This document shows, in pieces, positions 27,730 through 37,338 of a stretch of DNA of 64,000 nucleotides. A program made the position numbers and the translations under genes. This DNA comes from Phycisphaerae bacterium (GTDB taxonomy: Bacteria > Planctomycetota > Phycisphaerae > WQYP01), in NCBI GenBank assembly GCA_035545015.1, contig DASZZD010000059.1, positions 58,864-122,863 on the forward strand, read 5' to 3'. The notes beneath the pieces were generated by a model, which was given only the letters and a program-made list of their open reading frames with translations, did not search any database and was not told where the DNA came from. Every line of letters starts with the position of its first letter. The first letter of the stretch is position 1.

Positions 27730-29517
27730 TCAGGCGCCGTGCGGCACCATGCGATCCACCATCGACTTGATCGATTGCTTGATGATCCCCGCCTCGTTGG
27801 GATCGCCCTTGAGGACCGTCTTCGTGAAATTTTTGGCCTCTTCCAGGCTGATATGCGGCGGCAGGATGAACGTGTCCGGATCCGTCATCGCCTCGAAGAT
27901 CACCGGGCGATCGGCGGCCAGGGCGCGGTCCCACGCGGCGGCGACATCGTCCGGCTTTTCCACCCGAATGCCGGTGAAACCGAGCTGCTCGGCGAAACGG
28001 GCGTAGGGGAAATCAGGCAGGTCCTGCGAGGCTTCAAACTTGATGTCGCCGGTCATGATGCGCTGTTCCCAGGTGACCATGTTGAGATCGCGGTTGTTGA
28101 GCACCAGGCAGATGAGGCGCGGGTCGGACCATTCTTTCCAGTATTTGGCGGCGGTGATCATGGAATTGAGGCCGTTCATCTGCATCGCGCCGTCACCGGT
28201 CAAGGCGATCGAGACGCGGTCGGGGAAGCAGATTTTGGCGGCGACGGCGTAGGGAACGGCGGCGCCCATTGTGGCAAGATTGCCCGAGCCCGAGGCCATC
28301 ATGCCGTCGCGGATTTTCAGATCGCGCGCATACCAGTTGGCGGCGGTGCCCGAGTCGGCGGAGAGAATGCATTTGTCCGGCAGGCGCGGGGAAAGCTCCC
28401 AGAAGATGCGCTCCGGATTGATCGGCGTGGCGGTGTTCATCGACTGGGCTTCCACTTCCTTCCACCACTTGGCGATGCCTTTCTCAATCGTCTCGCGCCA
28501 GGAACGATCGGTCTTCTTTTCCAGCAGCGGAAGCAGCGCCTCGATGGTTTCGGCCGAATCGCCTTTGAGGTTCACTTCCATCGGATAGCGCAGCGACAGC
28601 ATGCGTCCATCGATGTCGATCTGCACCGCCTTCGCCTTGCCAATCTTGGGATAAAATTCGGGGTACGGGAAGGACGACCCGATCACGAGAAGCGTGTCGC
28701 AATCCATCATCAGGTCGTAGGAGGGCTTGGTGCCCAGCAGGCCGATGCAGCCGGTCACGTAGCCAAACGTATCCGGCAGGACCGCTTTGCCCAGCCACGC
28801 TTTCGCGACGCCGGCGCTTAGTTTTTCCGCGATGGCTTCCACCTGGTTGCGGGCGCGCAGGGCCCCGGCGCCCACGAGGATCGCCACGCGCTTGCCTTTG
28901 TTGAGCACCTCGGCGGCGCGCTGGAGGTCCTGCTGCCGCGGAATCATGCGCGGCGTTGGACAGCCCAGACCCGTGTGGATCGAATCGTGCACCTGCGGCG
29001 GCTCTTCGACGGCTTTCTCTTCCTGAATGTCCTTGGGAATGATCACGCAGGTGACGCTGCGCTGATCGATGGCGATGCGCAGGGCGCGGTCGATGGCGTG
29101 CTTGGCCGCCTTGGGCGAGGAGACCGTCGTGATGTACTCGGAGGCGACATCTTTGAAGAGATTCTGCAGGTCGACTTCCTGCTGGTAGCTGCCCCCCAGG
29201 ACGGCGGTGGCGGACTGGCCGATGATTGCGACGACCGGCTGGTGGTCCATCCTGGCGTCATACAGGCCGTTGAGCAGGTGGATCGCGCCGGGGCCGGAAG
29301 TAGCCATGCAGACCCCGACATCGCCGGTGAATTTGGCGTGCGCGCAGGCCATGAAGGCGGCAAGTTCCTCGTGGCGGGATTGCATGAAGCGGGGTTTGTC
29401 GTTCGCCCGGCGCAGCGCTCCCATCAGGCCGTTGATGCCATCACCGGGATACCCATAAATGCGTTCGATGCCCCATTGACTCAGGCGGGAAACGACGAAA
29501 TCGGAAACAGTTGCCAT
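27730..29517 (-). CDS. Thiamine-diphosphate-dependent pyruvate oxidase / pyruvate dehydrogenase (quinone)-like enzyme
   Basis: 595 aa; N-terminal IYGYPGDGINGLM, central FAD domain, ThDP-binding GDGAMQMNGLNSMITAAKY...NNRDLNMV. Confidence 0.85.
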   Translation of the reverse strand: MATVSDFVVSRLSQWGIERIYGYPGDGINGLMGALRRANDKPRFMQSRHEELAAFMACAHAKFTGDVGVCMATSGPGAIHLLNGLYDARMDHQPVVAIIGQSATAVLGGSYQQEVDLQNLFKDVASEYITTVSSPKAAKHAIDRALRIAIDQRSVTCVIIPKDIQEEKAVEEPPQVHDSIHTGLGCPTPRMIPRQQDLQRAAEVLNKGKRVAILVGAGALRARNQVEAIAEKLSAGVAKAWLGKAVLPDTFGYVTGCIGLLGTKPSYDLMMDCDTLLVIGSSFPYPEFYPKIGKAKAVQIDIDGRMLSLRYPMEVNLKGDSAETIEALLPLLEKKTDRSWRETIEKGIAKWWKEVEAQSMNTATPINPERIFWELSPRLPDKCILSADSGTAANWYARDLKIRDGMMASGSGNLATMGAAVPYAVAAKICFPDRVSIALTGDGAMQMNGLNSMITAAKYWKEWSDPRLICLVLNNRDLNMVTWEQRIMTGDIKFEASQDLPDFPYARFAEQLGFTGIRVEKPDDVAAAWDRALAADRPVIFEAMTDPDTFILPPHISLEEAKNFTKTVLKGDPNEAGIIKQSIKSMVDRMVPHGA

Positions 29518-29728
29518 GGAAAGAGGCCCTCCGCTGCATACGGCAATCCTGTTCGCCTAGCAAAGCGCGTGCGCGAGCTGGCCGGCCGGAGTCAGCCCAA
29601 GCGTTGCAAATGTTTTTTAAACCCGCTTCCGCGGGGTATTTCGTGCACTTTGCAAATCTTTAGCGGAGGTATTCCTCTTCCAAGGCATTTCATTTGCTGC
29701 CTAACCATGGGAAAAAACCTTGTGAGGA

Positions 29729-31024
29729 GTGCTTGTGCGTGTCACGTTCGACTATCCCAACTACCAGGGAATCGCTCCGGTCGACGTGCCGGACGAACGG
29801 CTGATGGGAGTCTGGGGGGTAAAAATCCTCGAAAATCACGATGAAATGGCGGAAATCCACCGCGGAATGAGTCAGCCCATCGGCAAACGCCGACTCCGCG
29901 AAGAGGCCGCGGGGAAGAAAAATGCCCTCATCCTTGTCGATGACGGCACGCGCGGCACGCCCGTGGCCAAGTTGTTGCCTCCGGTCATCGACGAACTCCA
30001 CGCGGCAGGACTTAAGGATGAGCAGATCCGCATCCTCACCGCTCAGGGCACCCACCGAAAAATGACCGACGATGAACTCAAAAAAAAGCTTGGCTCCTAT
30101 TTTGGAAAGCTCCAGGTCCATCAGCACAACTGGAAAGATGAGTCCAGCCTGCATGTGTTCGGCAAAACACAGGACGGAACGCTCGTCCGCGCCAACCGCC
30201 TGTTGAAGGAATCCGACTTCGTGATGGGCATCGGCGGCATCGTGCCACACCGGGTGAAAGGGTTCTCCGGCGGCGCGAAGATCGCCTTTCCCGGCGCCGC
30301 CGGCCCGGAAATCATGGACCGCAACCAGTGGGAAGCCTCCATGCAGATGAGCGAAACGGTCATGGGCGTGCCCGAAAACTCGATGCGCCTGCGCATGGAA
30401 GAAGCCGGCGAAATGGCTGGGCTGCGCTATATCGTGAACGTCGTGAGCGACGGCGCGGGCAAGATCGGCGGGTGCTTCTGCGGCGACGTTGTGGCCGCCC
30501 ATCGTGCCGGATGCAGGTTTTCACGCGAACTCACCGCCGCCAACATGCCCGGACGCGCCGATGTGCTGCTCATCGATTCCTATCCGGCGGACCGCGATTT
30601 CTGGCAGTCCGCCAAGGGACTCTATTCCGGAACCATGGCCGTCAAACGCGGCGGCACGATCATCATGGTAAGCCCGAACCCCGAGGGCGTCGCCAGCAAC
30701 CACAAGAACGTTCTGGAGATTGGTTATAAGCCCCATGCCGAGCTCGTCGCCATGGTGCAGCGGGGCGAGGTCGATGATCTTGTAGGCGTCGCAATTCTTG
30801 CCGACGTCGCGCAGATTCTCGACCACGCCCGCTGCGTCCTGGTTTCTCCGGGCATTAAGCCCGAGGAAGCGAAAAAGCTCGGCATGCACTGGGCGCCCGA
30901 CGGCACGTCGGCCGTGAAAGAAGCGCTTCAACACCATGGGCCATCAGCGAGGATCGCAGTTCTCAAGCATGGAGGCCACATTCTGCCCTTGGCAGATGAC
31001 AAGGCGATGGCTCGACCATCCTGA
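29729..31024 (+). CDS. Lactate racemase LarA-family (DUF2088) protein
   Basis: GTG start; LarA N-domain pattern LILVDDGTRGTP...LTAQGTHRKMTDDEL...GIGGIVPHRVKGFSGGAKI. Confidence 0.8.
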   Translation: MLVRVTFDYPNYQGIAPVDVPDERLMGVWGVKILENHDEMAEIHRGMSQPIGKRRLREEAAGKKNALILVDDGTRGTPVAKLLPPVIDELHAAGLKDEQIRILTAQGTHRKMTDDELKKKLGSYFGKLQVHQHNWKDESSLHVFGKTQDGTLVRANRLLKESDFVMGIGGIVPHRVKGFSGGAKIAFPGAAGPEIMDRNQWEASMQMSETVMGVPENSMRLRMEEAGEMAGLRYIVNVVSDGAGKIGGCFCGDVVAAHRAGCRFSRELTAANMPGRADVLLIDSYPADRDFWQSAKGLYSGTMAVKRGGTIIMVSPNPEGVASNHKNVLEIGYKPHAELVAMVQRGEVDDLVGVAILADVAQILDHARCVLVSPGIKPEEAKKLGMHWAPDGTSAVKEALQHHGPSARIAVLKHGGHILPLADDKAMARPS

Positions 31025-31041
31025 ATGGGGAGTCACGTTTC

Positions 31042-32328
31042 ATGCACCACCTGGCTCGAATGCTTCAGCGCAAGCCATCCGCACGCCCCTTTCTTTTTGC
31101 CACCGGCCTTGAATGCAGTTATCCGACGATCACCGACCACGACGGAAAAAAGATCCGTCGTGACGAGTATGAATCGACGGGCCACTACCGGCGATGGAAG
31201 GAGGATTTTGATCTCGTAAAGGACATGGAAATCAGCGTGCTGCGCTACGGGCCGCCCTATTACAAGGTGCACCGGTCGCGTGGACACTACGATTGGGATT
31301 TCGTGGATGAAACTTTCAACCGCCTGAAGCATTTGAAAATTTCGCCGATCGCCGACCTGTGTCATTTCGGCGTGCCCGACTGGGTTGAATCGTTTCAGAA
31401 CCCCGAATGGCCGGAGCATTTCGCGGAGTATGCGCGTGCGTTCGCCAAGCGCTATCCATGGGTCGGGATGTTCACGCCGGTCAATGAAATCTACGTGGCG
31501 GCCAGTTTCTCGGCGCTCGAAGGCGCGTGGAACGAACAACTCAAAAGCGATCACGCCTTCGTGAATGCGCTGAAGAATCTGATCAAGGCGACGATTCTGG
31601 CCGAGCGGGCGATTCTGGAAGTCAATCCCGATGCCGCATTCATTCAAAGCGAAGCCACCACCTACTATCATGCCTCCGATCCCGCCGCCCTGTCGCGCAC
31701 CCATTTTTTCAACGAGCGGCGCTTTTTGAGCCTCGATCTTTGCTATGGGGTGGAAGTGAGCTCCATGATGTATCAATATCTCCGGGATCACGGCATGAAA
31801 CGCGAGGAATATGAGTGGTTCATGTACAACGCGCGCGAGGTGGGGCCGGCCTGCATCATGGGGAACGATTATTACGCCATGAATGAGCATATGGTTCCCC
31901 CCGGCGACGGGCCGCCGACCGTGGCGGGGGAAGTTTACGGCTACTACATCCTCACCCGACAATACTACGAACGCTATCGCATGCCCGTCATGCACACCGA
32001 AACCAATCAGCTCAGTTGCAACCGGTCCGGGGATATCTGGCTGCGCAACATGTGGCTCAACATGCTGAAGCTCAAGGAAGACGGCGTGCCCCTCGTCGGC
32101 TTCACCTGGTATAGCCTCATCGACCAGGTCGATTGGGACAGCGGCCTGCGGCAGAACGCGGGGCACGTGAATCCCGTCGGCCTCTTCGATCTGGATCGCA
32201 AGGAGCGCGTGGTGGGCGGCAAGTACCGTGAAATGATCCGGAAATGGGGCCCCATGCTCGCCCGGGAAAGCCGCCGCCTCGATACGCACGTATTGGGGGA
32301 AGGAGGTTCCGGCGTCGGAGAAATTTGA
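31042..32328 (+). CDS. Glycoside hydrolase family-1-like protein
   Basis: FLFATGLECSYP N-terminus, TPVNEIYV (acid/base NEP-like) and HTETNQ (nucleophile TENG-like) regions. Confidence 0.6.
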   Translation: MHHLARMLQRKPSARPFLFATGLECSYPTITDHDGKKIRRDEYESTGHYRRWKEDFDLVKDMEISVLRYGPPYYKVHRSRGHYDWDFVDETFNRLKHLKISPIADLCHFGVPDWVESFQNPEWPEHFAEYARAFAKRYPWVGMFTPVNEIYVAASFSALEGAWNEQLKSDHAFVNALKNLIKATILAERAILEVNPDAAFIQSEATTYYHASDPAALSRTHFFNERRFLSLDLCYGVEVSSMMYQYLRDHGMKREEYEWFMYNAREVGPACIMGNDYYAMNEHMVPPGDGPPTVAGEVYGYYILTRQYYERYRMPVMHTETNQLSCNRSGDIWLRNMWLNMLKLKEDGVPLVGFTWYSLIDQVDWDSGLRQNAGHVNPVGLFDLDRKERVVGGKYREMIRKWGPMLARESRRLDTHVLGEGGSGVGEI

Positions 32329-32392
32329 GCCCTCTTCTCTAGTTGTGGAATCCCTTGTGATTTTGTGAGTTTTGTTAGCAGCAGGCGTGTTT

Positions 32393-35300
32393 ATGACTGA
32401 TCTCGTGCATTTGCGGCAACTCGTGGAGCAACCCCGCGTCCAGCGGCAGGATCATGAACAGCGCCGCGCCAAGGGCAAGGGCTTTGAGGTGGATGCCGGC
32501 GCGCTCGCGGCGCGCCTGGCGGACGAACTTGAAGGCGAAGTGCGCTTTGACCGCGGAAGCCGGGCGCTCTATTGCACCGATGGTTCCAACTATCGCCAGG
32601 TGCCGATCGGCGTGGTGCTGCCGAAACATGCCCGGGATGTGATCCGCACGGTGGCGGCCTGCCGGGACTTTGGGGCGCCGCTCTTCTCGCGCGGCGGCGG
32701 CACGAGCCTGGCCGGCCAGTCCTGCAATGTCGCCGTATGCATGGATTTTTCAAAATACATGAACGCCGTGGTGGAGATCGACACCGCCCGCAAACTCGGA
32801 CGCGTCTTGCCGGGTTGTGTCCTCGATGATTTACGCACCACCGCCAGAAAAAAAGGCCTCATGTTCGGCCCTGATCCCGCCACCCACACGCGCTGCACCC
32901 TCGGCGGCATGCTCGGCAACAACTCCTGCGGCAGCCACTCGCACCTCTCGCAATGGAACGGCCTGGGCGTCCGCACCAGCGACAACACCCATGAACTCGA
33001 GGTACTCACCTACGATGGCGTGCGGATGAGGGTGGGACCAACCAGCGACGAGGAATTGGAATCCATCATTCGCGCCGGCGGGAGACGCGGCGAAATTTAT
33101 GCCGGGATGAAGGCCATCCGCGATAAGTATGGCGACCTCATCCGCCAGCGCTATCCCAAAATTCCGCGCCGCGTCAGCGGTTACAACCTCGACGAACTGC
33201 TCCCTGAGAAGGGCTTTCACGTGGCGCGGGCGCTCGTGGGAACGGAGTCGACCTGCGTCACCATTCTTGAGGCGACGATGCATCTCGTGCCCAATCCGGA
33301 GCATCGCTCGCTGCTGGTGCTGGGATTCGAGGATATTTTCCAGGCCGGGGATCATGCGACGGATGTGCTCGAGTGGAAGCCGCTGACCTGCGAGGGCGTG
33401 GATCGGCTGCTCTTTGAATGGGAGCAGCAGCGCGGTGGACATGGCGAGGGACTGAAGCTGCTGCCCAAAGGTCATGCGTGGCTATACCTGGAATTCGGCG
33501 GGTCCACCAAGGAAGAGGCCGACGCCAATGCAAAGAAAGCCATGGAGGGCGTGAAAAAGTGGAAAAACGCGCCCAGTATGAAACTATTCGACGACAAGGA
33601 ACAGGAGGAGACGCTGTGGCAGGTGCGCGAGGGATCGCTGGGGGCGACGGCGTGGGTCCCCGGGCGTAAAGATAGCTGGGAAGGATGGGAGGATTCCGCC
33701 GTGCCGCCGGACCGGGTCGGCGACTATCTGCGCGATTTTCGCAAATTGCTCCAGAAGTTTAACTACGACACGAGCATTTACGGCCACCTGGGGCAGGGGT
33801 GCGTCCACTGCCGGATTCCCTTCGATTTCTACACCGCGGAGGGCGTGAAAACCTACAAAAACTTCGTCGAGGAAGCCTCCGACCTCGTGATGAAATATGG
33901 CGGCAGCTTCTCCGGCGAGCACGGCGACGGGCAATCGCGCGCGGAACTCCTTCCCAAGATGTTCGGCGAAGAACTCATCAACGCCTTCCGCGAGTTCAAA
34001 CGCCTCTGGGACCCGCAAAGCAAAATGAACCCCGGCAAGGTGGTCGATCCCTATCGCCAGACCGACAACCTGCGCCTCGGCCCCGACTACAACCCGCCTC
34101 AGCCCGAAACGCATTTCCACTATCCCACCGACAAGGGGTCGTGGTCGCGCGCCATCCTGCGCTGCGTCGGCATCGGCGCTTGCCGCAATCACGGCGGCCA
34201 GACCATGTGTCCCTCTTACATGGTCACGCGCGAGGAAGAACACTCCACACGCGGCCGCGCGCGGCTCCTGTGGGAAATGATGAACGGCGACGTGATCGAA
34301 GAAGGATGGAAAAGCGAGGAGGTCAAGGATTCGCTCGATCTCTGCCTCTCCTGCAAAGGTTGCAAGCATGATTGTCCGGTCAACGTGGACATGGCGACTT
34401 ATAAGGCCGAATTTCTGTCGCACTATTACGAGGGAAAAATTCGCCCGCGCCACGCGTTCGCGTTTGGCTTCATTCATGTCACCAGCGTGCTGGCATCCAA
34501 ATTCCCAGCCATCGCCAACCTGTTTACCCAAACGCCGCTGCTGAGAAACGTCGCCAAATTCATGGCCGGAATGGAGCAGAAACGGTCCATCCCGCCCTTC
34601 GCCCCCCAAAGCTTCAAAGACTGGTTCCGCAAACGCCCGCCCAGGAACGTTGGCAAACCCACCGTCATGCTGTTCGCCGACACCTTCAACAATTACTACA
34701 AGCCCGAAACTTCCAAGGCCGCCGTGGAAGTGCTCGAAGATGCCGGTTTCCACGTGCACGTGCCCATGGCCGATATGTGCTGTGGCCGCCCGCTTTATGA
34801 CTACGGCTTCGTGCCCACCGCCAAGCGCTGGGCGATGGATTTGATGATCAAGATGCAGCGCGAAATCGAAGCGGGCCTCCCGGTGGTCGTGCTGGAGCCA
34901 AGCTGCGCCGCCGTTTTCCGCGATGAGATAACCAACCTCTTTCCGCAGCAAAAGCTCGCCCAGCAGCTCGAAAAACAAACCTTCGTGCTCAGCGAATTCC
35001 TCGAAAAGCACGCCCCGAACTATCGGCCCCCGCGCCTGCTCCGCAAGGCCCTGCTGCATGGCCACTGCCACCACAAAGCGATCATGCACATGGATGATGA
35101 AAAAGCGCTGCTCAAAAAAATGGGCCTGGATTTCCGCGAGCCCGAGGATGGCTGCTGCGGCATGGCCGGCGCGTTCGGCTACGAAAAAGGCGATCACTAC
35201 AAGGTGAGCATCGGCGCCGGCGAACGCGTGCTGCTGCCCGAAGTGCGCAACGCCGCCCAAGACGAGCTCATCATCACCGACGGCTTCAGTTGCCGCGAGC

Positions 35301-35551
35301 AAATCGAGCAGGAAACCGACCGCCACGCGCTGCACCTGGCCGACGTGCTGGCCATGGCCATTCGCCATGGCGAGCACGGCGTCCCCGGTTTGCCCGAGCG
35401 CGAGCTGGTGCACAAAGAGAAAGCCGCACACCGCCGGGCCAATCTCCGCGCCGCTCTGGCCGCCGGAACCCTCCTGGCCGCCGGCGCCGCCGTCTGGTGG
35501 ACTCTCAAACAATCGCGCCCAAAACCACCACTTCCCGCCGCGCGCCGGTAG
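32393..35551 (+). CDS. FAD-linked oxidase fused to 4Fe-4S and CCG domains (YdiJ/D-2-hydroxyacid dehydrogenase-like)
   Basis: ~1050 aa; FAD-binding RGGGTSLAGQS, HGDGQSRAELLPKMFG, ferredoxin CxxCxxC (CLSCKGCKHDCP) and C-terminal CCG motifs (CCGMAGAFGY); ORF 32372 with probable start at 32393. Confidence 0.85.
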   Translation: MTDLVHLRQLVEQPRVQRQDHEQRRAKGKGFEVDAGALAARLADELEGEVRFDRGSRALYCTDGSNYRQVPIGVVLPKHARDVIRTVAACRDFGAPLFSRGGGTSLAGQSCNVAVCMDFSKYMNAVVEIDTARKLGRVLPGCVLDDLRTTARKKGLMFGPDPATHTRCTLGGMLGNNSCGSHSHLSQWNGLGVRTSDNTHELEVLTYDGVRMRVGPTSDEELESIIRAGGRRGEIYAGMKAIRDKYGDLIRQRYPKIPRRVSGYNLDELLPEKGFHVARALVGTESTCVTILEATMHLVPNPEHRSLLVLGFEDIFQAGDHATDVLEWKPLTCEGVDRLLFEWEQQRGGHGEGLKLLPKGHAWLYLEFGGSTKEEADANAKKAMEGVKKWKNAPSMKLFDDKEQEETLWQVREGSLGATAWVPGRKDSWEGWEDSAVPPDRVGDYLRDFRKLLQKFNYDTSIYGHLGQGCVHCRIPFDFYTAEGVKTYKNFVEEASDLVMKYGGSFSGEHGDGQSRAELLPKMFGEELINAFREFKRLWDPQSKMNPGKVVDPYRQTDNLRLGPDYNPPQPETHFHYPTDKGSWSRAILRCVGIGACRNHGGQTMCPSYMVTREEEHSTRGRARLLWEMMNGDVIEEGWKSEEVKDSLDLCLSCKGCKHDCPVNVDMATYKAEFLSHYYEGKIRPRHAFAFGFIHVTSVLASKFPAIANLFTQTPLLRNVAKFMAGMEQKRSIPPFAPQSFKDWFRKRPPRNVGKPTVMLFADTFNNYYKPETSKAAVEVLEDAGFHVHVPMADMCCGRPLYDYGFVPTAKRWAMDLMIKMQREIEAGLPVVVLEPSCAAVFRDEITNLFPQQKLAQQLEKQTFVLSEFLEKHAPNYRPPRLLRKALLHGHCHHKAIMHMDDEKALLKKMGLDFREPEDGCCGMAGAFGYEKGDHYKVSIGAGERVLLPEVRNAAQDELIITDGFSCREQIEQETDRHALHLADVLAMAIRHGEHGVPGLPERELVHKEKAAHRRANLRAALAAGTLLAAGAAVWWTLKQSRPKPPLPAARR

Positions 35552-35581
35552 AATCGGCCCCGTCTTTCCGGCGGTGCTCTT

Positions 35582-36499
35582 TTGGCGGCAGATGGTTCCA
35601 AAGTGGTCGTGATCGCGGCGGCGACGGTCAATATCGCCATCGCTATCGCCAAGTTCGTCGCCGCCGCACTCACCGGCTCCCCCTCCATGCTCTCCGAAGC
35701 CATCCACTCCGTCGTGGATGCCGGCAATGAACTCCTCCTCATCCTCGGCATGCGCCTCGCACGCCGGCCCCCCGATGACAACCATCCCTTCGGCCACGGT
35801 AAGGAAATCTACTTCTGGTCCTTCGTCGTCGGCATGGTCATCTTCGGCGTCGGCGGCGGACTCTCCCTCTATGAAGGCATCCTCCACCTCGTCCATCCCG
35901 GAGACCTCGCCGGCGCCGCGTGGAATTTCATCATCCTCGGCGTCGCCTTCGCCCTCGAATCCGTCTCCTGGTCCATCGCCATCCGCGAGTTCTGGCGCCG
36001 CAAATCCCGCGCGCAGGTCTCCATCTGGCAGGCCATCCGACGCACCAAAGACCCCACCGTCTTCATCGTGCTCCTCGAAGACACCGCCGACATCCTCGGC
36101 CTCCTGGTCGCCGCCGCCGCGCTCCTCCTCGTGCGCCTCACTCACTGGCCCTATTGGGATGGAATCGGCGCCGTGCTCATCGGCCTGATGCTCTGCGCCC
36201 TGGCACTCATCATGGTCCGCGAAAGCAAGGGCCTCCTCCTCGGCGAAAGCGCACGCCACGAAATCGTCGCCGCCGTCCAACGCATCGCCGCCGCCGATCC
36301 CCTCGTGCTCGAAGCCCGCTGCCCCCTGACCATGCAGCTTTCGCCGCAGCAGGTGCTGGTGAATCTCGAAATCGCCGTCAAGCCGGGCCTGACCGTCGAG
36401 GAGCTGCGCGAGGTGGTCGAGCGCATCGAGCGCGCGGTCCAGGCGCAGTTCACCGAGGTCGAACGCCTGTTCATCGAAGCGGTGCCTCCCGAAAAATAA
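35582..36499 (+). CDS. Cation diffusion facilitator (CDF) family metal efflux transporter
   Basis: 6-TM N-terminal domain with HSVVDAGNELLLILG and C-terminal cytoplasmic domain; ~300 aa. Confidence 0.85.
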   Translation: MAADGSKVVVIAAATVNIAIAIAKFVAAALTGSPSMLSEAIHSVVDAGNELLLILGMRLARRPPDDNHPFGHGKEIYFWSFVVGMVIFGVGGGLSLYEGILHLVHPGDLAGAAWNFIILGVAFALESVSWSIAIREFWRRKSRAQVSIWQAIRRTKDPTVFIVLLEDTADILGLLVAAAALLLVRLTHWPYWDGIGAVLIGLMLCALALIMVRESKGLLLGESARHEIVAAVQRIAAADPLVLEARCPLTMQLSPQQVLVNLEIAVKPGLTVEELREVVERIERAVQAQFTEVERLFIEAVPPEK

Positions 36500-36671
36500 T
36501 CCACATCATTCGATGCTCACGGCCGGGTGGGGGTATGTCCTTTGCAGGGTTAGCGCGTCGCGGTGCTGTCCATTCCAATTTTGGACAGCATCCACCGTTG
36601 CGCGTTCATCGCCCCCGCCGCCACTTCGCGTTTTTGTGGGAAGACCAGTGGCACAACTCTTTCACCCAGCC

Positions 36672-37337
36672 ATGAATACGGTCGCCCGCGTGCTTATCGT
36701 GGGAATTCCGCTCCTCTCGATTCTCGCCGGCACCGCCCTCACTTATGGCGTGGGCTGGTCCGACTGGGTGACGTACCGCCAACTTTTCCGCCAGCAAAAC
36801 GACGGTCCCGCCGAAGGCGGCCCCGGCGGAGTGCCCTTCTCCCACGCACATCACGTCAAAGGCCTCGGCATCGATTGCCGCTACTGCCATGCCACCGTCG
36901 AACAATCTCCCTTCGCCGGAATGCCCTCCACCAACACCTGCATGACCTGTCACTCCCAGATGTGGCTCCACGCCCCCATGCTGGCCCCCGTCCGCCAGTC
37001 CTGGATCACCAACACGCCTCTCCAATGGACCCGCGTCCACGATCTTCCCGATTACGTCTACTTCGATCACAGCATCCACGTCGCCAAAGGCATCGGCTGC
37101 TCCACCTGCCACGGCGATGTTTCCGAGATGCCCCTCATGCGCCGCGTCGTCGATCTGCAAATGCGATGGTGCCTCGATTGCCACCGCGATCCCGCAAAAC
37201 ACCTCCGACCACGCGATCAAATCTTCAACCCAAGCTGGGTCGAGCCCCCCGATCAACTCCAGCGCGGCCGCGCGCTGCTCCAGCAGTACCACATCCAGGT
37301 GGACCAACTCACCAATTGTTCCCTCTGTCACAGGTAG
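36672..37337 (+). CDS. actA: Alternative complex III subunit ActA (pentaheme cytochrome c)
   Basis: Five CxxCH motifs (CRYCH, CMTCH, CSTCH, CLDCH, CSLCH), N-terminal anchor; start at Met 36672 inside ORF 36513. Confidence 0.85.
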   Translation: MNTVARVLIVGIPLLSILAGTALTYGVGWSDWVTYRQLFRQQNDGPAEGGPGGVPFSHAHHVKGLGIDCRYCHATVEQSPFAGMPSTNTCMTCHSQMWLHAPMLAPVRQSWITNTPLQWTRVHDLPDYVYFDHSIHVAKGIGCSTCHGDVSEMPLMRRVVDLQMRWCLDCHRDPAKHLRPRDQIFNPSWVEPPDQLQRGRALLQQYHIQVDQLTNCSLCHR

Positions 37338-37338
37338 C

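Noticed and set aside
33584-36280. 898-aa Gly/Asp/Glu/Ala-rich minus-strand ORF
   Set aside because: Antisense to the YdiJ-like and CDF genes
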